From Pseudomonadota bacterium (GTDB taxonomy: Bacteria > Pseudomonadota > Gammaproteobacteria > RBG-16-57-12): 64,000 nt of DNA. Where the stretch lies: NCBI GenBank assembly GCA_040752855.1, contig JBFMHP010000046.1:9349-73348 (forward strand). The letters are read 5' to 3'. Under the pieces are notes generated by a model. It worked only from the letters and a program-made list of their open reading frames with translations. It did not search any database and had not been told where the DNA came from. The position numbers were made by a program, and so were the translations under genes. Below are positions 28,394 to 35,796 of this stretch, piece by piece; position 1 is the stretch's first letter, and every line of letters starts with the position of its first letter.

Positions 28394-28974
28394 AATCTCG
28401 CTCAACGACAAACGGCAGCCAACAATGGCCTGTGCTTTTTCGGTATGGGAACACGCTCTTTCTTGCGCTACTCGCACTCCCTTCCATGGGATGCGACAGA
28501 TCGTTCAAGCACATACAGATCGACCCGATTCAACCATCCCGTCTCGACGTATTCGTTGGCAAGGGAAACACCATCGCGCTGGAATTCCACAACGAGAACC
28601 CAAATCCGGCAGTGGACGTCTTTCCAGAACCCCCTCTGACCGTGCGACACATCCCATCAGGGCACAGCTGCGAAATCGATGGCGGGGTTTGGGTAAGGCG
28701 CTCGGTTTATCTAAGCGCGGATGAAGCGACCCTTCTTGTGCAGGAATATAGCGGCTCCAACGATCACTTGGTTTTCTACCGTACCCGGAGCTGCAAAAAG
28801 ATCCATGAAATCGAGGTGTCCGGTGCGTTATGGAAAATATCGGGGAATGAACTCGCGATCGGGCACCAATGTTCAGGCGAAGAGATCAAGACATGCAAGT
28901 CGCAGCAGCGCTTGGCGATCGACGCAATTTGCGACGATGAACAAACATCCCGCCGCCTGTTTATCGACAATTGA
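28390..28974 (+). CDS. Periplasmic Tsi1/Tai1-like T6SS amidase immunity protein (orphan)
   Basis: Hydrophobic leader; F.NENP...D.FPEPP, C.IDGGVW.R..VYLS.D, QEYSGS, CSGE...C; six Cys spaced as I recall for P. aeruginosa Tsi1. Confidence 0.7.
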   Translation: MKSRSTTNGSQQWPVLFRYGNTLFLALLALPSMGCDRSFKHIQIDPIQPSRLDVFVGKGNTIALEFHNENPNPAVDVFPEPPLTVRHIPSGHSCEIDGGVWVRRSVYLSADEATLLVQEYSGSNDHLVFYRTRSCKKIHEIEVSGALWKISGNELAIGHQCSGEEIKTCKSQQRLAIDAICDDEQTSRRLFIDN

Positions 28975-29056
28975 AGAACGGGCCTTCCGGTGAAAACACG
29001 CCGCTCCCTGTGCCGCACGGAACCTCGGTTCCTTACACTCAGCCACTATTGATTGC

Positions 29057-29085
29057 TTGACCTCACCGCCCCCGCTCATTACAGT
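29057..29085 (+). promoter_or_regulatory. sigma70 promoter upstream of the riboswitch
   Basis: TTGACC-17 nt-TACAGT. Confidence 0.6.
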
Positions 29086-29094
29086 AAGCGCCAG

Positions 29095-29250
29095 TTTCAG
29101 GTGTTCCCCATGGGAATGAAACGGGAAGTCGGTCCAACGCCGACGCTGCCCCCGCAACGGTAGGTGAGAACCGCTGGCAACAGGCCACTGTGCAATACGC
29201 ATGGGAAGGCGCCAGCTGATGTCAACTCACGAGCCCGGAGACCGGCCTGG
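29095..29250 (+). ncRNA. Cobalamin riboswitch
   Basis: CAGGTG...GAAACGGGAAGTCGGT...CTGCCCCCGCAACGGT...GCCACTG...GGGAAGGC...GAGCCCGGAGACCGGCCTG (B12 box). Confidence 0.93.
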
Positions 29251-29363
29251 AACCCACAGGATCTATTCCTGCACCGGTGTTGCGGCGGGCGACACGAGGT
29301 TGGTACGCCTTCCTCTCCTCCAGCCCATCACCAATCGATTTCCTGCACGGGGTGATGCGCGCC

Positions 29364-30047
29364 ATGGGATACACCAACACATCTACGCACAAGCTGTTCG
29401 GCTTCATCGTCTTCTCGGTGCTCGCGCACGGACTGTTGCTGCTCCCCTGGCTCTCGATGCCCACGCCGAGCGCCACTCCCTTCGCCTTTGAGCTGACCGA
29501 TATCAATGTGCTTCCAGCGGTGGCGCCAACGCCGATACAGGAGCCGCCGCGCCCTCAACGTACCGCGACAAATCCCGAACCACAGCCCTTGCCTCAGCCA
29601 CTGAAGCGCGCACCCGATGACGTATCCACCGTCGGCATTCCTCCCGTCGTTGCCGACACCGCCGAGCCGCAAGGGTCCCCGCAAGAAACGACCCTCGCCT
29701 CCGCATCGGAGCCTGACGCTGCAACGCAAAATGACGCCGAGCGCCAAGCAATGGCAAAGGAGCAATTGCGCACGCGCCTGATTCGCCTGCTCGATGCGCA
29801 CTTCACCTATCCGCATCTGGCGCGCAAACACGGCTGGGAGGGCGAGGTGCTGCTCAGTTTTCAGGTCACCCACTCTGGCGTGATCGAACACATCCAGATC
29901 AGCCGCAGCTCCGGGCACGGCGTGCTGGACAAGGCGGCGATGGCCGCGCTCGGCAAGATCCAGCAGGTGGATACCGGACAGCTACACTTGACTTGGGAAA
30001 CGCTGGAAATGGATTTGCCGGTGATCTACCGCTTAACGGAGGGTTGA
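29364..30047 (+). CDS. tonB: Energy transducer TonB
   Basis: N-terminal TM with SVLAHG, Pro-rich linker, YPHLARKHGWEGEV, SSGHGVLDKAA; start may be 29355. Confidence 0.9.
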   Translation: MGYTNTSTHKLFGFIVFSVLAHGLLLLPWLSMPTPSATPFAFELTDINVLPAVAPTPIQEPPRPQRTATNPEPQPLPQPLKRAPDDVSTVGIPPVVADTAEPQGSPQETTLASASEPDAATQNDAERQAMAKEQLRTRLIRLLDAHFTYPHLARKHGWEGEVLLSFQVTHSGVIEHIQISRSSGHGVLDKAAMAALGKIQQVDTGQLHLTWETLEMDLPVIYRLTEG

Positions 30048-30587
30048 ATGGGTTACCGCCTATCGAAGATCTACACACGCACCGGGGACAAGGGCACCAC
30101 GGGACTCGGCGATGGCAGCCGCATCAGCAAGGACGATGCGCGGGTGATGGCCATGGGCGAGGTCGACGAGCTCAATGCCTGTCTCGGGAAGCTGCTCACC
30201 CTGCCCTGCCCGCCGGAGGTGAGCGCCATGCTCACGCGCATTCAGCATGAGCTGTTCAACCTGGGCGGTGAACTCTGCCTGCCGGGACAACAGTTCATAC
30301 AAACAACTCATGTGGAATGGCTGGAGCAACAACTCGACGGCCTCAATGCCCACCTCACACCGCTTGCCGAGTTCATCCTGCCGGGCGGCACGGCGGCGGC
30401 CGCCGAGTGCCATCTCGCGCGCACCGTGTGCCGGCGCGCCGAGCGCAGCGTGATCACGCTGGGCAAAGACGCGGCGGTAAACGAACCGCTGCTCGCCTAT
30501 CTCAATCGTCTGTCGGACCTGTTGTTCGTAACGGCGCGTTATTTGAATAAATCCGCCGGCCATGCGGATGTGTTGTGGCAGAGGTAG
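30048..30587 (+). CDS. pduO: PduO-type corrinoid adenosyltransferase
   Basis: KIYTRTGDKGTT, RTVCRRAER, YLNRLSDLLF. Confidence 0.95.
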   Translation: MGYRLSKIYTRTGDKGTTGLGDGSRISKDDARVMAMGEVDELNACLGKLLTLPCPPEVSAMLTRIQHELFNLGGELCLPGQQFIQTTHVEWLEQQLDGLNAHLTPLAEFILPGGTAAAAECHLARTVCRRAERSVITLGKDAAVNEPLLAYLNRLSDLLFVTARYLNKSAGHADVLWQR

Positions 30588-30656
30588 GCCGGCATAAGCG
30601 TCAGCGTTGCCGGCAACCCCCGCTGCCGGGAACGGCTACGCCTTATCCCGGCCTAC
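30584..30656. repeat. GTAG-family REP dimer (family A); its GTAG includes the pduO stop codon
   Basis: GTAGGCCGGCATAAG...CTTATCCCGGCCTAC. Confidence 0.88.
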
Positions 30657-30720
30657 GGGCTGACGGATCTGTGGACGTGCGTTATTTGAACAAAAAATTG
30701 CCTGCGGCGCAGTGGCAGAG

Positions 30721-30792
30721 GTAGGCCGGCATAAGCGCTAGCGTTGCCGGCAAACCCGCTGCCGGGAACGGCTACGCCTTATCCCGGCCTAC
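30721..30792. repeat. GTAG-family REP dimer (family A), second tandem copy
   Basis: Near-identical to 30584-30656. Confidence 0.88.
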
Positions 30793-30805
30793 GGTGGCAT
30801 CGAAT

Positions 30806-30848
30806 GTAGGATGATGGTATGAAGCGCAGCGTAACCTATCATCGGATG
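30806..30848 (+). repeat. Single GTAG REP (family B)
   Basis: GTAGGATGATGGTATGAAGCGCAGCGTAACCTATCATC resembles 50436-50466. Confidence 0.6.
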
Positions 30849-32900
30849 TTAGCGCCGCAAGGTCACCACGCCCTCGGCGCTGACCTCGATCAAATCGCCA
30901 TCGCGCAGCGTAGTGCTGGCCCCCGCAAGCACCAGCACCGGATAGTCGAGTTCGCGCGCGACGATCGCCGCATGCGAGAGGGCCCCGCCCATATCACTGA
31001 TACAGCCCACCGAGGCGGAATAATGGCCCACGAGTTCGGGGGTAAGATGCGGCGTGATCAGCACCTCATTGCCGCTGAGTGGCTTGTCCGCAATCCCCGC
31101 GACCTGGCGCGCCACGCCGCTGAAGCCCTTGCGCACCGAGACCATCCTGCCGTGCAGGCCCGGGGCGGCCGCGCCGGGATCGGTAAGCCGTTCGATGGAC
31201 TCCAGGGTGATTTCATCGCCGAGTTGCAGCGCCGCCCAGTGTGACTCCTGGTTCAAGCGCATCTCGCAGACCGCGCGCACGTCGTGGAGATCGAACTCGC
31301 CGGCGGCGATAGCCTCGATATCCTCGAGCCCGAGAAAGAAGACCTGCCCGGGATCAAGCCCGAGCACCCGCTCCAGCGTTAGCACATTGACGCGCAGATC
31401 ATACAGCCAGCGTATGGCGCGATCCTTCGCCAGTTCCTTGAAATGGGTGAAGCTGCGGCCAGCTTCCACCGCACCCCAGGGGAAGTTGGCGAACCGGCCG
31501 GCGTATGTCACCGCCGCGGCGGGGGCCTCGCAGAAGCGCGGCTCGGCCAGTTCATAATCATTGGCGCTGCGCCGTCCCCACTTCTCCAGAAACTCGCCTT
31601 GCTCACCGGTGTGATGCAGCCGCGAGAGATCGCGCATCAGCTGCGAGGTGAGCGAGGCCGCCGCGTCTTCCTCGCCGGCGAGCTGTGCGAGCAGCGTCGC
31701 AGCATAGGCGATGGGATAGACCTGCTCGATGAAGGTGCGCGCCCCGGCCGCCACGGCCCGCGCCGCATCATCGGCGTGGGTGTAGTGCGTGTGCGCATCG
31801 ACCGGATAGGCAGGAAAGCTCGCGATGGCCTCGTCCAGCCAGCCCAGCAATTCCTCCGGCCGTTGCTGAATGCGTTTTTTCAGTTTGTGCGTAGCCCAAA
31901 GGCTCTTGACCCCGGGACCGAACAGCGTGCGCTCCACCTCGGCGTTGGCATAGAGCCGGCCGAAGACCGAAACTATGTACGGCTGCGTGAGCGCGGGACA
32001 CGGCAGTTGCAATAGTTGCAGCGCGCGTCCCAGGGCGCCGCTGGGCGCATACAGGCGCTCGATCATCGAACGGGTCAGCCGTGTCGGCGCGGCGACCACC
32101 TCGCGCACCGCGGAATTCTGAAATACCGGCAAACCCTTCTGTGCGTACTTGCCCGCCAGGGCCAGTTCGGCCACGCGCTCCTGCTCGCTAGCGATGCCCG
32201 GTTCGTAGAGATGGGAGGTGATGTCGCGCGATTGCAGGATATAAAGCCGCGCGCGCTTGGCATCATACGCCCACTCGATGTCCTGCGCGGCGCCCATCTT
32301 CTCTTCGATGACCATGCCGGCCAGGAAGACCAGCGACAGCATCGGCTCATGGCGGGACGCCGCGCCGTACAGCGTGCCGGTCCAGCGACCATAGTCAACG
32401 CGCACCGGCTCGACCTTGCCGGAGACCACGGCATCGGCGGTGCCCGAGCCGAATTCGCAACTGGCCAGCCCGTGATTCTCCGGCGAGCGGGTGAACAGCA
32501 CGCCGGCGAAATCCGGTTCGATCATCGGTTGGATCAGCACTGCGCTGGTAGCGAGCGCTTCGCCAAAGGAGGCGCGCACCTGGTCGATCGCCACCGGCAA
32601 TGCATCGCCCGCCACATGCAACTCGGTATAAAACTTACCGGCCATGCTCTCGTTGATGCCGTCTTCGTTCAGCCCGCAGGAACGCACCGCATACGGGCCG
32701 GGACCGAGCGTCTGCAAGCGCGCTTTAAGCGCCGCTGAATGTTGCGCATGATCGTAAGCCGGCAGCAGCACCAAGCCCTCGGGGACATGAAACAGCTGCG
32801 GCCGGAGCTGATGCAGGCGCGCGAGATGACGGGCCTTGTTGCCGATGCCATCGCGATCGGCCTCTGCGAAATCGAGTATCACTTGATCTGGATTATTCAT
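30849..32900 (-). CDS. PEP/pyruvate-binding (ATP-grasp) plus His-swivel phosphotransferase of rifampin-phosphotransferase-like architecture
   Basis: GIGNKA, AVRS...ED...SMAGKF, IQPMI, GVLFT, DIEWA, YILQSRDIT; C-terminal GALSHAAIVARE phospho-His motif. Confidence 0.88.
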   Translation of the reverse strand: MNNPDQVILDFAEADRDGIGNKARHLARLHQLRPQLFHVPEGLVLLPAYDHAQHSAALKARLQTLGPGPYAVRSCGLNEDGINESMAGKFYTELHVAGDALPVAIDQVRASFGEALATSAVLIQPMIEPDFAGVLFTRSPENHGLASCEFGSGTADAVVSGKVEPVRVDYGRWTGTLYGAASRHEPMLSLVFLAGMVIEEKMGAAQDIEWAYDAKRARLYILQSRDITSHLYEPGIASEQERVAELALAGKYAQKGLPVFQNSAVREVVAAPTRLTRSMIERLYAPSGALGRALQLLQLPCPALTQPYIVSVFGRLYANAEVERTLFGPGVKSLWATHKLKKRIQQRPEELLGWLDEAIASFPAYPVDAHTHYTHADDAARAVAAGARTFIEQVYPIAYAATLLAQLAGEEDAAASLTSQLMRDLSRLHHTGEQGEFLEKWGRRSANDYELAEPRFCEAPAAAVTYAGRFANFPWGAVEAGRSFTHFKELAKDRAIRWLYDLRVNVLTLERVLGLDPGQVFFLGLEDIEAIAAGEFDLHDVRAVCEMRLNQESHWAALQLGDEITLESIERLTDPGAAAPGLHGRMVSVRKGFSGVARQVAGIADKPLSGNEVLITPHLTPELVGHYSASVGCISDMGGALSHAAIVARELDYPVLVLAGASTTLRDGDLIEVSAEGVVTLRR

Positions 32901-34762
32901 GCCGCCCTCATCACTGCGCGCGCGAACCGGCGGTTGGCATGACGGCGGGCCAGCAATTCCTGCAGTGTGGTCACCAGCAATACGCCGGTTACATACAACA
33001 TCAGGCTGGCGGGCAGATAGAGCAACAGGATGGCGAAGGCCACGGTGATCAGCAGGGCCGTCAGCGGTTTGAGCGTCATCCCCGACAGGCGCATCTTGAG
33101 ATAGACCATCGCCGCCACGACCAGGCTCAGCGCCACATCCGGCTGCGTGAGTTTGTCGATCCATAAAAAGCCGGCGGCTGAGAACTCCGCCGGCGGCTTG
33201 GAGAGGATCGCATAGGCTGGCAGGATCAAGGCGAGCATCACGGCGGTGCCGAGCAGTTCCCACCCGCCGCGCACGCCGAGGTGATGCATCATCGCCTGGC
33301 TCGATCCCGCCCAGGCGGGGCGCGGCGTTGACGCGATCGCCTGTTTGATCCGGGCGCGCATCATGCGCGAACGCGCCTCAAAGATGCCGATCGGGAAAAA
33401 CACCAGCCGCAGCAGCATTGCCACGATCAGGATGCCGAAACCGGTGACGATGCCGAGTCCGTCTTCCAGGATATCCACGGCCTTCCAGAACGGATAATGC
33501 AGCGCATCGACGATGCCTTTGGAGTTCTGCGCGTCCCAGCGGATGGCGGCGGCCTCAGGCAGCCGCGCGGTGAAGCCGAGCAGCTTAAAGCGCTCGGGGT
33601 CGTGGCCGAGCCGCTCCCACATCTCGAAGGCCACGTCGAGACCGTCGTACACCCAATCGTATTTGGTCAGGCCGATCACCATGAAGGGCTTGCCGTCGAG
33701 CCGGGTGGCGAGCTGCTCGACGATCACCGAGGTCCACTCCCCGCCCATGTCGATGTTTAAGACGCGGCTCTTGTCGACACCGGTGAGCAGCACATCCATG
33801 TATTCGACATCGTGGGTGTATTGGGAACGGTGAAAGCTGTTATAGGGGGCAATCAGCATCACCTCCTCGTTATCGAGCAACTCCGCCACCTCGTCATCCG
33901 GCAGCAGGGTGAGCATTTCGGGAAAGCGCGCGCGCGCATCGTCGATGATCCAAGCCTCGTCCCGCACCGGCCAGTCGATCAGGGATTGCTCGGCATTGGC
34001 GGGGCGCAGCTTTTCGTCCCGCTCCCGCACATAACGATGTTCATTCTGCACATCCACCACGACGTAGATGTTCTCGAATTTGCGGAAGACCTCCAGCGCG
34101 GCCGGGTCCGACGCGAATTTATCCGGCGTGCGCTCGAAGTGCATCTGGAAGTCGTCCAGATAGAGATCCTTGGTATTGATCTCGCGCAGGCGGCGCGTCA
34201 ATTCCGTGGGGCGCACATAGGTGAACGGCCGCAGTTGACCGCCGACTTCGACCGCCGGAAAACCGGAGTGGTATTGAATCGAGCGGCGATAGGTCGAGAT
34301 CAATGCGCCATCCGGCTGAGCCATCAACTGGTATGGCAGCACTTCCATCCGCACCTGCTTGAAATTCCCGTAGGCCCGCCATTTCTCTTCGGCGTTTACG
34401 TTGTTGGTGTTCCATTCCAGGAAGGCCTCGTGCGCCGGAATATCGCAGCGCAAGTACATGGCGAGATGGTCAAGCCGCTCCTGCCGCTGGTCCTGATACC
34501 AGGCATAGGCCCCGAGCAGGATGAGTCCCACGAGCACGATGAACCCGCCGAACACCCCGCCGATGATCAGGCCGCCGGCCTGCGGCCCGAGCCAGCGCCG
34601 GACCCAGAGATAGACGCCGCCCAGCGCCGTGGCGATCGCGCCGGTGATGATGGGCACCACATTGGCCACGCTGACCAGGGCATCCGGCGTTGGCAGGGCA
34701 TGGGCTTGCGCGGGCAGCGCCATCCACCCCAGCATCATCAAGTATCGAATCAATAACCCCAT
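32897..34762 (-). CDS. Membrane protein with a large extracytoplasmic region and a C-terminal YidC/Oxa1-like insertase core
   Basis: Signal peptide (AQAHA), two TMs, about 330 aa soluble region, then GILIVAMLLRLVFFP, FLWIDKLTQPD, LPASLMLY...TLQ YidC-like motifs. Confidence 0.72.
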   Translation of the reverse strand: MGLLIRYLMMLGWMALPAQAHALPTPDALVSVANVVPIITGAIATALGGVYLWVRRWLGPQAGGLIIGGVFGGFIVLVGLILLGAYAWYQDQRQERLDHLAMYLRCDIPAHEAFLEWNTNNVNAEEKWRAYGNFKQVRMEVLPYQLMAQPDGALISTYRRSIQYHSGFPAVEVGGQLRPFTYVRPTELTRRLREINTKDLYLDDFQMHFERTPDKFASDPAALEVFRKFENIYVVVDVQNEHRYVRERDEKLRPANAEQSLIDWPVRDEAWIIDDARARFPEMLTLLPDDEVAELLDNEEVMLIAPYNSFHRSQYTHDVEYMDVLLTGVDKSRVLNIDMGGEWTSVIVEQLATRLDGKPFMVIGLTKYDWVYDGLDVAFEMWERLGHDPERFKLLGFTARLPEAAAIRWDAQNSKGIVDALHYPFWKAVDILEDGLGIVTGFGILIVAMLLRLVFFPIGIFEARSRMMRARIKQAIASTPRPAWAGSSQAMMHHLGVRGGWELLGTAVMLALILPAYAILSKPPAEFSAAGFLWIDKLTQPDVALSLVVAAMVYLKMRLSGMTLKPLTALLITVAFAILLLYLPASLMLYVTGVLLVTTLQELLARRHANRRFARAVMRAA

Positions 34763-35022
34763 GCCGAAACCACCACTGCTTGCGTACGCCCCGCCGCACC
34801 CTCGTTCGAGCGTATCGATCAACAAAAGAAACATCCGCCATCAAAAGGAGGGAGCCAAAAAGACCAGTCAGGCATGCCGGGAATTGTGATGCCTCACCCC
34901 ATTGATTGACAAAAGCAATTTGCGACTCGCCCCCCCGAGGCAGCCATCACCCTACCACACGGCATGGTTTGCACCAAGCCCGGCCCGGCTGTGAACCTGT
35001 CCGCTCTTTCCATCTTTTTAAC

Positions 35023-35050
35023 TAATGAATAGGGGGTCACCCGCCGATAA
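35023..35050 (+). promoter_or_regulatory. Putative sigma28 (FliA) promoter
   Basis: Exact -10 GCCGATAA (35043-35050); imperfect TAAT -35 16 nt upstream; 31 nt before the ATG. Confidence 0.55.
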
Positions 35051-35081
35051 TACTGACACCTACATCCTCCGGAGACGATCC

Positions 35082-35360
35082 ATGAGCGGAATCTCGGCAC
35101 TCGGCAGCGGCCTCGCGGGCATCCAGACCGGCTTAAAGCGCCTCCGGGAGGACGCACACGACATCGCCACGGCCAACATCAAGGAACGCCCGCACGACGC
35201 CGGCGGCCCCACGGACACCCCCCCGGCCGGCCACGATCTTACCGACCTCGCCCGGCCTTTGGTGGGACTGATAGAAGACCGTACCCAGGTGGCGGTCTCC
35301 GCCCAGGTGATCAAGACGGCCGACGAAGTCCTCGGCACCCTGATCGATATCAAGGCGTGA
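35082..35360 (+). CDS. Small flagellar basal-body rod/hook terminal-domain-like protein
   Basis: 92 aa; SALGSGLAGI...AHDIATAN N-terminus and SAQVIKTADEVLGTLIDIKA C-terminus resemble the D0 helices of axial proteins. Confidence 0.7.
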   Translation: MSGISALGSGLAGIQTGLKRLREDAHDIATANIKERPHDAGGPTDTPPAGHDLTDLARPLVGLIEDRTQVAVSAQVIKTADEVLGTLIDIKA

Positions 35361-35427
35361 TGCTGCGCGGGCTGAGCGCCTTCTCCGGCGTTGCGGCCCG
35401 TCCGTCCTGAGCCGCCAGCAGGTCGCC

Positions 35428-35793
35428 TCAGCGCTGCAACACCTCCTCCACCGCACCGAGCAGCTCATCGCGCGTAAAGGGTTTCTTGAGGATCTTGAGC
35501 GCGCCGATCAATTTGGCGACCGCCAGATAATAATCCGCCGACTGATTGGCGCCGGAGATGGCGATGGCGCGCAGCCCTGGATACTCCCGGCCCAGCGCGC
35601 AGATGAAATCGATGCCGTTCATCCCTCCCATCATCATGTCGGTCACCACCAGATCGGGCGCCTCCTGCTTGCAGAGCGCCAGCGCCGCGGCGCCGTTTTC
35701 CGCCAGCACGATTTGATGATTGGCGCGCAGGAGGATTTGCTGCACCAGGTTTCTGATCTGAGGATCGTCGTCTACCACTAATATCCGCGCCAT
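35428..35793 (-). CDS. Single-domain response regulator
   Basis: ILVVDDD, DLVVTDMMM, KKPF. Confidence 0.93.
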   Translation of the reverse strand: MARILVVDDDPQIRNLVQQILLRANHQIVLAENGAAALALCKQEAPDLVVTDMMMGGMNGIDFICALGREYPGLRAIAISGANQSADYYLAVAKLIGALKILKKPFTRDELLGAVEEVLQR

Positions 35794-35796
35794 ATT

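Noticed and set aside
30584-30848. Repeats with spacers as a possible mini-CRISPR array
   Set aside because: About 72-nt palindromic REP dimers also found singly elsewhere; the spacer is a duplicated gene end; no cas genes.
34900-34990. GCAAACC...CGCAAA on the minus strand as a possible c-di-GMP-I riboswitch upstream of the YidC-like gene
   Set aside because: Spacing and pairing do not fit the GEMM motif; only an Infernal scan could rescue it.
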